A DNA stretch of 64,000 nucleotides from Leucoraja erinacea (GCF_028641065.1 NC_073403.1:10478001-10542000), one strand, 5' to 3'. Counted from the stretch's first letter, positions 11,759-27,052 are shown. The notes: generated from the letters alone by a model not told the origin. A program made the numbers and translations.

Positions 11759-12655
11759 CCTAAAGAAGCTTTTACTATTCTCCTTTATATTCTTGGCTAG
11801 CTTACCTTCGTACCTCATCTTTTCTCCCCGTATTGCCTTTTTAGTTATCTTCTGTTGCTCTTTAAAATTTCCGCAATCCTCTGGCTTCCCGCTCATCTTT
11901 GTTATGTTATACTTCTTTTATTTTTATACTGTTCTTGACTTCCCTCGTCAGCCATGGTCGCCCCTTACTCCCCTTAGAATTTTTCTTCCTCTTTGGAATG
12001 AACTGATCCTGCACCTTCTGTATTAATCCCAGAAATACCTACTATTGTTGTTCCACTGACATCCCTGGTAGGTCCTCTTTCCAGTCAATTTTGACCAGCG
12101 CCTCCCTCTTGCCTCCATAGTCCCCTTTGCTCAACTGCAATACTGGCACTTCTGATTTTCCATTCTCCCTCTTAAATTGTAGATTCAAACATATTATGGT
12201 CACTACCTCCTAATGGCTCCTTTCCCTGATCAAATCCGGTTAATTGCACACAAAATTCAGAATTACCTTCTCCCTCGTAGGCTCCAGTACAAGCTGCTCT
12301 AAGAATCTATCTCAGAGACACTCCACAAACTCCCTATCTTGGGGTCCAGTACCAACCTGATTTTCCCAGTCTACCTGCATGTTGAAATCTCCCATAACCA
12401 CCGTAGCATTACCTTTGCTACATGCCAATTTTAACTCTTGATTCAACTTGCACCCTATATCCAGGCTACTGTTTGGGGACCTGTAGATAATAACTCCCAT
12501 TAGGGATTGTTTACCCTTACAATTCCTCAGCTCTATCCATACTGACTCTACATCTACTGATTCTTTGTCACCCCTCGCAAGTGATTGAATTTCATTCCTT
12601 ACCAACAGAGCTACCCCACCCCCTCTGCCCACCTGTCTGTCTTTTCGATACCTAA
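11759..12655 (-). mobile_element. CR1 LINE ORF2 fragment (AP endonuclease region)
   Basis: RKDRQVGRGGGVALLV...VESVWIEL...IYRSPNS...VVMGDFN and LAKNIKENSKSFFRY. Confidence 0.9.
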
Positions 12656-12958
12656 TGATCAACAGAACCAATGGCTTTAGTGAACTCAATAAAGGTCACA
12701 TAAGTTCTCTGTAACCTTCTTGTATGTTTTCATGCAATGGGGAGTATGTCTGTCATGTCTCCATCCGGTGCACAGAAGTAAATGTAATTGCATAATAGCT
12801 TCTTCCCTGTTGTTATCAGACTCTTAGACAGAGTTCCCATATGTTAAGAATGTAATCCTGATCTTCCAATCTGCCTTGCTGAGGCCTTTGCACATTTTAT
12901 CTGCACTTTCTCTGTAGCTGTAACACTAAGTTTTGCACTCTTTACGGGAAAATCATTT

Positions 12959-12964
12959 TTTATT
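12959..12964 (-). terminator. candidate KAT2A polyadenylation signal
   Basis: AATAAA on minus strand ~1.3 kb after the stop codon, at the end of an AT-rich, repeat-poor 3'UTR-like stretch. Confidence 0.5.
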
Positions 12965-14272
12965 TAAAAACAAACATGGTATATACTTTTCACAGCTTAA
13001 TGGGCAAGCCTCTGAGGTGGAAGTTGACCATTTGGCATAAATAAACATTTGGATACTTAACATGTTGTTGAGGGAATTAGGGCCAACAACAAAGGTAGAA
13101 ATAATACTTAATCTAGTTTTCCACATTTTTGCAGGCTAAAACTAAAACATCTCGTAATGTAAACTCCAATGAATTTGAATTAAATTCATGAAAATGAAAA
13201 TCCAAATAAAGTTCAAATTAATTGCTAAATATTTAAGAATTCTTAAACATTAAATAACCTTACACTCAAGTCGTAGAAAGCAAAAAAAAAAAAAAAAAAA
13301 TCAAAAAATCTCCACCAAAATCACAATCATTTGTTTCGGTTAATCTTAATGATAAAGATATTGATATTTTAACTGTTCATATTTAAATTATCAAGGAGTT
13401 CCTTACAACTATTTTATAAATTTCAATGAATGTTCATAGTAAATGCTTGTGCATTGTTGAAGACCGTTGTCGACATGATCATATGTGCAATTACATTTAC
13501 TGCGTTACCAGATATTATAAAAGCACATTGCCTGAGTAATAGACTAATAAGTAAAACAAAATGTGCATTATTACTGAACCCATCATATCGCCCATGTGCT
13601 ATGCATTTTACTTTGTATGCAAAAAAGGGCAATTTTTCTGTGAGAAATAAGAATTACAATTCTGGAGTGAATTTACTGCTGTATTTATTTACACAAGCAA
13701 AATGTTACAGCAGACGTACAAAATGCAACTCAGTTTAAAAAAATTACAAAAACTGAAAGTAGTCAGGCATCATCGCAACATGCCCTCATTGTTTACTGCC
13801 AGGCAATGCTTTGAAGTCACAGACTCCACAGAGTGAAAGTGAGAAGCTCACTGTGGTGTGTGTTTTGGTGAAAGAATCTGCTTTGTACAAGTTCCATTAT
13901 TGATTTCAGTGTCACAATTGCAACTTGGTGATTATTTGTATGACGCACATCATCCTTGTCAAGACCATGGATCACCTGATGTGCAGGCTGAGCATGTAAT
14001 GTCTCAATTACTCGAGTACTTTTGACAGTAGAAACTGCATGCAATGAGATGGAGACTTCAACAGTTAACACTGGGACACTCTGAATCTTTGTAAAGAAAA
14101 CAATGCACTGTGGGTACCAATGGCCAGCCCATGCAACTACCATAATGGCATTCAAACAAATGATCCCATTTACTGCACAGACTGAATTACAGATTAGTAG
14201 TTTATCCTGCTATCTTCACAGTCTGTCAGATTTGAACGTCCAAGCTTTCATCCATCTCATTCACAAATGTTT

Positions 14273-14466
14273 TCACTTGTCCAAAAGCCCCATTTCTTTA
14301 ATCTTGAAGTAGAAAAATTTCTCCAGCATGTTGGCACATTTGCAGTACTCGCTTTCAGGGGGGTTATATTCACGGCAATTTGTGATGATACGTTGAACAT
14401 CAGCAATAAATAACTTCTTGGAAACATAGTAGCGATTCTTCAGCCGGTCACTCATACTCTTTAGGT
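14273..14466 (-). CDS. KAT2A: KAT2A exon 18 (bromodomain C-term, stop)
   Basis: [64 protein letters not shown]; CAG acceptor. Confidence 0.97.
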
Positions 14467-15676
14467 CTGAAGCAACAATGAGAAACAACATAGGATTCTT
14501 TAGCCCACGGAAGGAATTTGGTTTGCAATTTACTCAAAACAGAGGGAGCAAGGAAATCTAAAAATGGCAAATAATTGAATTTACCATCACAATTACAGAC
14601 TAAGTGTGCTGAATGGCCATCTTTCGTGATTCGCCTCCCCACTTTTGCATCTTATGCAAGATGGCAATTTTTTGTAATATTAAATGATACACTTATTAAT
14701 GTTGAATTCACTGATCTACATTACAGGTGGAAATTTACATTTTTAGATCGTCAGTCTGCCTTATTTTGGATGGATGATTTATTAAAGGTTTTCAGGAAGT
14801 TGTGACTAGAGAATTGATTATAGATCCCACAGCAATAACTGCATGAAAATGACATCCAAGCCAAATTCTCTCTTTATAAAAGCATGGAATAAGCTAATCA
14901 AAAGATATGGTATCCATCAGAATAGACTGTGGCTCAAATTCAATTAACAAGAGTGGAATGAAAATGTGTTAAACTTACAGACTAACTTTTTAGAGTCACA
15001 GCATTACTGTGTACCCAAACAGACCCTTCAGCCCAACTGGTCCATGCTAACCAAGTTGCCTATTTGATTCAGTTCAATGCATTTGGCTCATATCCCTCTA
15101 AACCTTTGCAATCCATATACCTGGTCAAATGTTTTTTAAACATTGTAATTGTACCCATATCTATAGCTTCCTCTGACAATCATTCCATATAACCACTACC
15201 CTTTCTGCAAAAAGGTTGCCCATCACTTCTTTTTAAATCTTTCTATTCTATGCTCCCTTGTTTTAGACTTCCCTACCCTGGGCAAAAGACTGACCATTCA
15301 ATATGTCCATGCCCCTCAAGATTTTAAGGTCTTTAAGGTCAGCCTTCAACCTCCTATGCTCCAGGGGAAATAGACCTAGCCTATGTTGTCCCTCCTTATA
15401 ACTCAAATCCTTCATTCCCAGTAACATCTTTGTGAGCTTTTTTGCACCATTTCCAGCTTAATAACTGATGTCTTTCCCTTAGCTCTTATATTAATAGACC
15501 TGTTTTCCCCAGCTAATTAAAGTTGGGTTAAGAAAGAATCAACTGCGGTCCTTGATGAGCATTGGTACATAAACTAACTTTACTATTGTTCAAACATTAA
15601 TCTGGCCAAATCAAATAGTTAATTAAAAATGCTCCTTTATAACAAAGATGAATGAGCTAACATTAATTAAACATAC

Positions 15677-15761
15677 CAATTGGAAATCGAATAATTTCAT
15701 AATAATCTGGAGCCTCAGACTTCTTCACTGGTTCCATGAAAGGCCAGGCACTAGGATGGCT
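15677..15761 (-). CDS. KAT2A: KAT2A exon 17 (bromodomain)
   Basis: SHPSAWPFMEPVKKSEAPDYYEIIRFPI; 85 nt, AG/GT. Confidence 0.97.
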
Positions 15762-17219
15762 CTGTTGAAAAAAGTTGAGGTACACAAGGTAGCCAATAAA
15801 GGAATGAAATAAGGATAATTTAAGTAACACAGTTAGGCTTCCATTCAATACCATAGTGAAGATGCAAACAGCTTGTAACTCCCTACATTGCAAGTTCAAA
15901 TCACAGCAGAACTACTACTGGGGTGTACCCAGAGAAGCTGGTGCTTGCCTATGGGAACAACATCTAATATATCATAGGGTGTGTTATATCTAATGTATTT
16001 GTTCTGGGATTCAGGAAACTGAACACAGGTGGTGTCCAGAGATTACAATATTCTCCTCACCATCTCAACCAGAGTGTATGAGAATATGAAGACGTGGGGG
16101 TACTTTGGGATTGAAAGGGGTTAAAGTATTCTGTCTCTTGGAGATCATGGGATACTTAGTGGCCGATTGAAATAAAGTTTCACATTCTTTGCAGTGACAT
16201 CATCATTCCTGTAAAACATGTGATATTTGATGCTGTTATGATTGGCTGAGGTATTATGCTGTGCATGGCTGTGATTGGGTGGAAAGACCGTCCCCACCTA
16301 CCTAACCAGTGATATTTTGATTGATGATGATTATACTGTGGTGACTGGTTTAATAGGTTACTGTCTATTGTAGGGGACTGCCCATTGTATTAACCATATA
16401 CATCTATATGTTCGTTCCTCTGTTCTGGCACATGCTGTCCTGTTCTCCATGATGAGTGTTAAAGTTTCAGCAGGGAGAAATGGAAGCAATGTCACCATGG
16501 TGGAGTAAAAGGATTTTACAGAATCAAGAATCTGTTTTTACTGAACCAGACGCAGGGGTGCAAAAACCGGAATTAACATGAACACCCAAAGAGTCAGAGA
16601 CATGTTGAAGTTTTGCATTCAAAATCTATCACTTTAAAACTGTTGCACTATAACACGACATTGCTGGTGGTGTACTCCAGTTAATGTATTTGCAGCCCAG
16701 AGGTTAACAGAATCATGCATACAGTCAAAGAATTTTAACTGATTTACTGCATCAGTGATATATTTAACTGCTTGATCTGTCCACTACCAATTCAGCATTG
16801 AAAATATATATCTTATTTATTTTATGAATCCATTAAGTCAGAGATACAAAATAGAAACAAGCCCTTCGGTCTACTGTGACATTCCACCGATCACCCATTT
16901 ACATTAGGCCCTTTTTCATTCTCCCCACATTTTTAATCAACTTGCGCAAGATGCTACCATACACCAATAAATGGAGGGGGAAGGTGGGGGAGGCATGGGG
17001 CAATTTACAGCGCTAATTAACCCACCACCCACATGCATTTGAGCTACAAGAAAACCAGAATAGAAACTGGAAGAAACCTATACAATCACAGCAAGAATGT
17101 GTAAACTCCATTCAGCAGCAGAGGTCAGGATTGAACTTGGGTCTTTGATGCTGACAGGCAGTGACTCTACTAGTTGCGCTACCATGTTGCCCATATTCAC
17201 CCAATTCAAAATCTGATTG

Positions 17220-17280
17220 TACAAGTGGAATTTTATGACACATTAGAAAATGTCTAATGTGTCATAAAATTCCACTTGTA
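17220..17280. repeat. perfect 28-bp inverted repeat with 5-nt loop
   Basis: TACAAGTGGAATTTTATGACACATTAGA-AAATG-TCTAATGTGTCATAAAATTCCACTTGTA. Confidence 0.95.
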
Positions 17281-17402
17281 AATTGAAAATGTCTAATCAA
17301 CGTCAGAAGCCTAGAAGTCAACTGCAGAGCTGTTGTTTTTACACATCAAGAAAATTATACAACCATGTGCCAGGTACATCTCTAGCATACTGTTCTCACA
17401 AC

Positions 17403-17466
17403 CTTTATTTGTGCCAGAAGGTTTTTCAAGGAATTGTGCAGCTGGTCTGGGTCCTTCAATTCTTTT
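17403..17466 (-). CDS. KAT2A: KAT2A exon 16
   Basis: KELKDPDQLHNSLKNLLAQIK; 64 nt, donor GTTGTG. Confidence 0.93.
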
Positions 17467-18462
17467 CTGGAATACAAATACAGTAGAAATTAAGAAATTA
17501 ATGAGAATGTATATTAGCGTAAACAATTTTCACTGTTATAATATGAAAGATGTATAAGTGACTGACAGGTGGGGTCTTGATTCAAGCAGGAGAAATCATG
17601 TTATTTTGCCATTTATCCATAGGATTCATTTATTTAGTCAACTTTAAAATGCTGATTGACTGAACAAGAAATAAATCTTTCTTTTATGGCCGATTTGAAA
17701 AACCACCACAGTAATATTGCATCGAAATTGAAACCTCTCACTTTCTTGCACCGCTTTCACTTTCAAATGTCAATAAGCTCAATGTAAATATTTAGGAAAC
17801 AGTAAAACAACCCGTTTAAGTAATTCTTACAGGTCCAGCTCTTCATTGTAGGACATAAACATAATGCCACTTTGCAATGCACTATGCCACACTACAATGC
17901 ACTATGATGCACTACAATGCTGATAACTGTTTACTGCACTCTGCATGTTTCCTTTGCTCTATCTACTTGGACTTTGAAACAATTGTATATATACACAAGG
18001 TATATTTGGATAGTGTACAAAAAAGCTTTTCATTGTACCTTGATGACAGGTGACAATAAACAAACCTAAAACTAATTCTTAAATTTAAATGTAATTCATT
18101 AAAAAACGCCTGGGAAATATTCAAAATTAAAATGCAAAAAAAGTTTACATACATTTAAAAATAGATAGATTAATAGAGGACCAGATAAATTAAATTCTTC
18201 ATTAATGAATGCTCCTCTATCAAAAGTGGGAGAATTCATTGCCCACAGCACCGCTCTCCCCTTCTGTGCACCTGCAACAATGAAGTGGCCACGCCAGTTT
18301 ATAACAGGACTTGGATGATAAACTGTAATTAATATTAACCATTGAAGTGCTAGGTAATGATCACTCCCAAGAGAGAGCCCTGCCTTTTCTTTGACCTTCA
18401 GCAACACCAACAAGCCTCCAACCATCAACATATTCTGAACTCAAAAGTGAAGTGTACCAAAT

Positions 18463-19057
18463 TGTAGGGGCTTGAAGAAAACTGATGCGGTCAGGTTATT
18501 AAAAAGAGATCGTTAACTGCTTGGGAACAGTTTCACTATACACGGTGGCAAAGATCAGCGTGTGTAACAACTGATAGGAGGAGCTTGGACATCACTGCAA
18601 ACAATGGCCCCTTCATGGTGTGAGGTGCTTGATATATCCTAATCATTCTAAATAAATAAGGACGCCTGTTTTTGAGTAATGTGTTCTGTGTGAAAGTTGT
18701 TAGTTGAATGTCCCATGTATTTTGTCTCTAGTCATGTTCAGTCTTTAGTGTTTTATTTTTATCTACATAGTTTCTTTGTTTTGTTAGTTATAATGTGTTC
18801 AGTTTTTAGTTAAGGTCTGCAGATATTGTCATGCTTTGTTTTGATGCAATATAACTATTGTGCCATGTTCAGTCTTTAGTCTTTTAGTTTTTACATAGTT
18901 TCTTCGTTTTGTTGGTTATGACGTGTTCAGTTTTTAGTTAAGGTCTGCAGATATTGTCATGCTTTGTTTTGATGCAATATAACTATCGTGCTTGAATAAA
19001 AGTTTTTAAATGCTAGTTCAGGACTCGGCAAATCATTGAGAATTCAGTGATCCTACA
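18463..19057 (+). mobile_element. solo LTR with an internal ~130-bp tandem duplication
   Basis: TGTAGG...CCTACA termini, near-TSD CAAAT/TAAAT, AATAAA near 18995, duplicated unit 18733-18863 / 18864-18991. Confidence 0.75.
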
Positions 19058-19491
19058 TAAATTAAATTTAACATTCTGGTTGTAAAAACAAAATTAAAAA
19101 AATATAAAATATATATTTAAAAAATTGGGCACTACTGTCAAATCCCATGTAGGAGGTGTTTCCTCTATCATCAGAGTGAGGCCATGTACAAACTGGAGGA
19201 ACACCACCTCATATTCCACCTGGGTAGCTTATAACCCAACTGTATGAACAATGAATTATCTGATTTTAGGTCATCTCTAACAACCCTCCCTCCCCTACAC
19301 TCCCCTGTGCCTCACCTGGTCTCACACCCATTTCTCCCCTCACCCTATACTTCCTCCTCTAGCTTCATAAGTTGCAAATGATTTTTTAACATTAAAATTC
19401 AGAAATACTTTGCATTTATTTTAATCCCTAATTTCAACCTACCAATCTCAAGTTATCTTGATATAATCGAGCCTTCAACAAATGTTCTTAC

Positions 19492-19528
19492 CCTTTATCT
19501 TTGCCACTGGGTTTCCATCCAGTTTCCT
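19492..19528 (-). CDS. KAT2A: KAT2A exon 15 (37-nt mini-exon)
   Basis: (Q)ETGWKPSGKDK(G); TAG acceptor, GTAAG donor; phases fit both neighbours. Confidence 0.93.
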
Positions 19529-19619
19529 CTATTGGAAGGAAAGGACAATTATTTCAGTTTGGGTTAATGATTTAAAATGTAACTTTGAAAATACAACATT
19601 CAAAGGAGCTGATGTAGAA

Positions 19620-20290
19620 AAGGCTTCATGGTTCTTGGCATCCACATCAATAGCAACCTAACCTGGTCCTTTCACAATAATGCAGCAAGCAATAAAGCAC
19701 ATCTGCATTTTTTTTTTACTTTCTCAGGCGTCTGGGAAGATTCAAGATTTGGCACGTCCACAAGGATTCTCTTGAATTTATCCAGAAGAGCTATTGAAAA
19801 TAATTTGAGGAATGTATATCTCAGCCTGATATGGCAATTGCTCTTTGTTTGACCACCTCAACCTCCATAGAGATAGAGTGTACACATACACCAGTCCCTC
19901 GCAGACTTGTCACTTCACTGTATCCAGTCCATCTTCATGGTGTATTTGCATCAGGTAGACTGAAAGTATTGACAAGGATGCCCGTCACCCAGGCCATTCC
20001 CTTGTCTTTCCTCTACTTTCTGGCAATATATACGGATGCTTGAAAGCCTGGAGGTCAAAACTTAAGAAATAACCTCTCCATGGCAATCAAGCACCTGAAC
20101 CAATAACCTTTCCCAGAGAAGTTGCTACACACGCTTACTTTCAACTCTACCTCCTTTATTCTGTTATTGCACCATTCTGCTGTGTTCCATTTATCATTGT
20201 ATTTATTGCTGTATTATTGAGTTTACTGTTTACTTGACAGGGTGTTTCATTGCACGCTAGTGTATATGACAATAAACTACACCAATCAGA
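19620..20290 (+). mobile_element. Rex1/Babar-like LINE 3' fragment (decayed)
   Basis: VLGIHINSNLTWS...NKAH...FGTSTRILLN...AIEN resembles the Rex1 C-terminus; TGACAATAAA tail also seen near 18055. Confidence 0.65.
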
Positions 20291-21181
20291 ATCTTAAGTC
20301 CATGATGATCATTTTCCCCTTTTCCCTTGCTACCACATTTCAATTCAATAAAGATATTGAATTGAACTGTGAATTGAGCCCGAGCAACTGTGACGTGAAC
20401 AGGAGTTTACCAAGTTGCACAGGCTGCAAGGATGCAGTCATTTCTTTTGTAATTGACCTTTTTAAATATTAATAATAGTGATAAATAGAGGTAAACAATT
20501 GTGTACAACTGAAGTTGAAGTATTGCAAGTGAGCATGCTTCAATATTTTATTAATTGAATAATTAGCACTAATTTTCCATGACGGAAAAGGTTTCAATAA
20601 ACTGATTTCTGCATGAAATTACACATGGAACAAATCCCTAAATTACTGTCAATATCTTGGCATATTGATGGATAACAATAAATCTGCCATTAATTAAGAT
20701 GCTGGAGAACAATATTCACAATGGAAGTTGGTAGACTTGTAAATCCTACAAGTCACCAATAGGTGGAGCTTACTTCAAAGCCTGCAAAGCACAAGGATAC
20801 TCTGCTGCATGCATAAGTAAGTTGGCAATTCCAGTGGCAAGCCTCATATTTGGAAGAAATTTGTGAGATTTTTTTTTTTAAATGGATATTTGCAAAATGT
20901 TTAATTTGCTGCTATATTTAAGAGGGAGTTAGATGTGGCCCTTGTGGCTTAAGGGATCAGGGGGTATGGAGAGAAGGCTCCAGGATACCGAGTTGGATGA
21001 TCAGCCATGATCATATTGAATGGCGGTGCAGACTCGAAGGGCCGAATGGCCTACTCCTGCACCTATTTGTTTGGGTGCATCCGTTAATTTATGTGATTTA
21101 AATGAAGTTGTTGGGCTCAAAAAGGTAGAAATTCATTTCACACTAAAGCATAAAAAAAGGCATTATTAGATGTTACCATTA

Positions 21182-21367
21182 CAGGGTCTCCCCAGTTTAC
21201 GAACACCCAACTTATGGACAACCCATACATATGAACAAGCATTTGGGAGACTAGCGGGATGAATTTGCTGCAGGGCTGCAGCCATATTCTGTCACGTAGG
21301 AACTCAGTACACAGCAATATCGTTGTATATTACAAAGAATTCCGTATGTATGAGTTAGAGACCCTGG
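21182..21367. mobile_element. Tc1/pogo-type MITE remnant
   Basis: TA|CAGGGTCTC...GAGACCCTG inverted termini with TTACGAAC-like subterminal motifs. Confidence 0.45.
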
Positions 21368-21729
21368 TTTAACTACACGCTACCATTGGTTGACTTATAT
21401 TTTTATTTAAATATATTGCTGGACACATTTGGGACATGCAAGCTGTTCGGTTATCAAATATTTCTCAGGAACAGAACCCTTTATTACCTGGAGAAGACCG
21501 GTACAAAAAATGCCTCAAATTTAAATCCAGAATGTAGAAACAAAGAACTGCAGATGCTGGTTACAGGGTCTTGGCCTGAACTGTCACATTATCTGGTTCT
21601 CCAGATTTGCTGCTTGGCCTGCTGAGTTACTCCTGCACGTTGTATTTTTCAAATTTAAATCCATTGCAGTCAATAAATACATAAGGCGGGGAAAGGGTAA
21701 CTAGAGAGAGTGGGACCAAATGGGTCAAT

Positions 21730-22915
21730 GAGGGCAGAACTGTAGATGTTGTGTACATGGATTTCAGTGTAGCATTCGACAAGGTTCCGCATGGTAGGCT
21801 GCTCTGGAAGGTTAGATCGCATGGGATCCAAGGAGAGATAGCTGAATGGATAGTAAATTGGTTCCATGGAAGGAAGCAGAGGGTGATGGTGGAAGGTTGC
21901 TTCTCAGACTGGAGGCCTGTGACTAGTGGTGTGCCTCAGGGTTCAGTGCTGGGCCAGTTACTGTTTTCATCTACATCAATGATTTGGATGAGAACATACA
22001 GGGCAAGATTAGCAAGTTTGCTGATGAGACAAAAATGAGTGGTTTTGCAGATAGTGAAGATGGTTGTGAAAGATTGCAGCAGGATCTGGAATCGATTGGC
22101 CAGGTGGACAAAGGAATGGTTGATGGATTTTAATACAGAGAAGTGTGAGGTGTTGTATTTTGGGACGTCAAACAAGGGCTGGACCTACACAGTAAATGGT
22201 AAGCTTCTGGGGGGGTGGTGTAGAGCAGAGGGATCTAGGACTAGCGGGGCATGTGTCCCTGAAGGCCGAGTCGCAGGTAGGTAAGGTGGTCAAAAAGGCT
22301 TTTGGCACTTTGGCTTTCATCAGTCAGAGTACCGAGTATAGACGTTGGGAGGTCATGTTGCAGTTGTACAAGACATTGGTGAGACCGCATTCAGAATATT
22401 GTGTTCAGTTCTGGGCACCATGTTATAGGAAAGATATTGTAAAGCTTGAAAGGGTTCAGAAAAGATTTATGAGGATGTTGCCAGGACAAGAGGGTGTGAG
22501 CTATAGGGAGAGGTTGAGTAGGCTGGGTCTCTATTCCACGGAGTGCAGGAGGATTAGGGATGATCTTACAGAGGTGTACAAAATCATGAGAGGAATAGAT
22601 CGGGTAGATGCACAGTCTCTTGCCCAGAGTAGGGGAAGCGAGGACCAGTGGACATAGGTTCAAAGTGAAGGGGAAAAGATTTAATAGGAATCCAAGGGAT
22701 AACCTTTTCACACAAAGAGTGGTGGGTATATGGAACAAGCTGCCAGAGAAAGAAGTTGAAGCTGGGATTAAACCATTATTTAAGAAACAGTTAGATAGGA
22801 ACATGGATAGGACAGGTTTGGACGGATATGGACCAAGCGCAGGCAAGTGGTATAGCTGGGACATTGTTGGCCGGTGTCAGCAAATTGGGCCGAAGGGCCT
22901 GTTTCCACACTGTGC
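21730..22915 (+). mobile_element. CR1 LINE RT/3' fragment
   Basis: YMDFSVAFDKVPHGRLL...VTSGVPQGSVLG...SKFAD...LYKTLVRPHSEYCVQFW, frameshifted. Confidence 0.93.
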
Positions 22916-24002
22916 CCTAATAATTTTAAATACCAAAGGATGAATATACACAGGCAACTGGCCCAACGATGGCCTGCTGGTGCCACCTCTCAAGGCTAAT
23001 TTCTAAAGCAGAATATAACCTTCAAGGGAATGAAAGCACGAAAGCTTTGCCAAAACTAATTTCCTAATTTTCATTGAAATAAACATGTTCCCATGACCCA
23101 TATTCAGGTCCAAAACATGGTTTAAATGGACTGATATCTTATTTTCATATCAACATTTAAAAAGTGGTGTTCATATCTATCTGATAACAATTAAAAAGAA
23201 ACACGGTCCACAAATCCAAGTTCATTGTGAAGTCAAAAGCAATTTTCCCAAGCTGTGTAAACAATGTTTACCGGAAGGCTGATTAGGCAAATACCATTCT
23301 CAGTCTTGATGACAAGTCAGTGACTTTGATCTGGATCGGGTCACTGCGAGAGTGAAATGAGATCAGCAAGATTTAGGATTGTCCTGTATAGTCCGAGATG
23401 TGTGTCACCAATGATCAACAAGAAACGCAGCTGTTCTGAATGAGGCAGACAGCTGAAAAAGACAGACTATAAAAATTACTGGTTCACAATAAGATTAAGT
23501 TTTAGAAGAATGAGAGGTTATCACACTGAAACATAATATTTGTTGGAGCTTGAAAGACTGATGCAAAGAGGATGCATTCACTGACTGTGACCAGGGGCTG
23601 CAGTTAAAATTATGGGCATGTCATTTTGCACATGCACAAGGAAAATGTCATCATTCAGTGCGTGGAGAATATTTTTGGAACACTCTCCCCTTAAGGGCTG
23701 TGGATGCTTAAAATTGATATCAAGGCATATCTGGAGAAAAATGGTGCTGAAATAGCTAGACTTTTATGACCAGTAGACCATGCTCCAAGCATCAGATGGC
23801 CTATTCTGGCTGCCATTTATGGTCTTGATTTTGAAACATTACTCAATGATAATCTGCATATAAATAGGCCATACATTCGTGCATGGTATTTACCGTGTAC
23901 TTCTGGAGTAAATATATACCATAACCATTACATTCTCATATTCAATGTACCTTCAGTACTTCAATGCATTCTTTATTCACTCTTCCGAAATGGAATACTT
24001 AC

Positions 24003-24117
24003 GAATTCCAGGTATACTCTCTATGGGTATCTGCCGAACTCCTTCCTTGAAGCAGGTGAGGCCTGGGTAAACCTTCCGGATCTGTGCTTGTTTTCTCTCG
24101 ATCAGCTTCTTTATTAT
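24003..24117 (-). CDS. KAT2A: KAT2A exon 14
   Basis: [38 protein letters not shown]; 115 nt. Confidence 0.97.
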
Positions 24118-24347
24118 CTGAACTCAAAATAGAAATTTATTACTTCACTTGCAGTGGACGGTAGATATTTAGTACTGGTTCTTTTGGGACAACCGATTCA
24201 CATTGTGCTAAAAAAATAAAATAAACTTTTCCATGTTCTGTGCTGTCCAGCAAGTGAAGCATTATGTCGCTAAGCCAGTTTCACTAGACTGGAACCCAAT
24301 TCGTTTTTGAGTGGTGAAAGCGTTATTTAAAGTTATTGCCGTAATCA

Positions 24348-24677
<330 letters not shown>

Positions 24678-24680
24678 CTA

Positions 24681-24842
<162 letters not shown>

Positions 24843-24918
24843 TTATTTATTTATTTAATGTTCTATGCATTTATTGATGCTTATTATGGGTGTATGACAT
24901 TAAATGAAAACTGTACTG

Positions 24919-24952
<34 letters not shown>

Positions 24953-25992
24953 CAGGCACTCCGCGACTTGCATAATAGGTGAGTAACGTAAACTCATACT
25001 TAAACAATCCACAGTAGGTCCCTTTTCTTGAATGACGTGTTATTGCAAAGGGAGGAGGGCTTCCCATCAGCTTCATAGCTATAAAAGCGCTGCCCGTGCT
25101 CGCTGCTCTTCCAGTTTTGGCCACTTGCAACTCCTGGCTGAGTCACCGACATCTTACTCATTGTGCACCACTGAGCACCTTCTTCATCAGCTGCTGCTCC
25201 GCCCAGTTGACGTAGCTGTTGTGCGGCTCACATTGTAAACCCTGGCCAAAAGCGATTTCTTCATGCTGCTGCCTCCAACAAGATGCGCATAGTTATCGTG
25301 GGGCTCCCTCCCCCCTCAACAGCCACGGTGACCAAGTTCATCCTGTCAGTGGCAGCGGCCTGAAGAGACCACTGTGAAATACCGTGTATTTCCTTTAGAT
25401 CTAACAACAAAGCATCCTCCACTCTCCCAACCATAAAATCCCATTCACTTTTGTGATCAATGGACCAATACACACCTACTGCTGCAATCAGAGGTAATCG
25501 CTCTCACTCCCCCACTATGCCCAGCAACATTCCTAGATTGCAGCCTTGTGACGCACCAGAAAAAAAAAATACCCGTGGGTAGGAACACAACAAAATACTT
25601 TTTAAAGAATCTTGTGGTTAAATCTGTAGGCATTCAAGAAACACATCCTTTACAGTTTTCCAACCTCACCTCATTCTATTTTAGTAGGCAACATGTAACA
25701 AAAATATCATTTTTAGTTATAAAACAAACTATGAAAGGCCAATAAATATGTTTAAAGGATGAAACCCTTCAAACAACCTTCATATCATTTTTTGCTGACT
25801 ATAAATGGAGAAAAATGCTTCATGAAGAATTAATTGCAACACCCAGATTTAAGGATAACATGAGCTTGACCAAAAGAAAACGGAAGCAATTAGCATTTGG
25901 ACAAATTCTGCCTCTAACTTTGAAGGTTCATCTCTGTACATGCCGATAACTGCTGAGTTTTGTATATCATTACAAATCACAGATATGCACTA

Positions 25993-26190
<198 letters not shown>

Positions 26191-26563
26191 TTACTAAAAC
26201 ATTACAACATGTATTCAGAAAACTCGCGATTTCAAAACAATTATTTGCCAAGCTTACACCAGTAACAGTGAAATATTCACCAATTTGTGTGTTTTTGAGA
26301 AATTTAATCTCAAATTATATGTTTTAAACCGTAATTATACTCATACTGTCCAGTATGTGTCACATTCTTTTTGCTGTCAGCTAATGTTTGGTACTGGTTA
26401 AAATGGCAGCAAGTCCAGAACTTCCATGTAAAACATAGGAAACCCCAAAGTTAACAAATTTTGTTGTGATATAACATATGTAATATGTTCTTCCACTGAA
26501 CTCCCTGCAACAGAACTGCATCACAAACATATAAATTGAAAAAAATTTGGCTGCACACTACTA

Positions 26564-27052
<489 letters not shown>

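Noticed and set aside
15982-16655. Possible solo LTR (TGTTATA...TATAACA, CCAAT boxes)
   Set aside because: No matching TSD; insufficient support
24953-25550. Possible pogo/Tigger remnant after (TA)n
   Set aside because: Only one plausible terminus and no clear transposase motif
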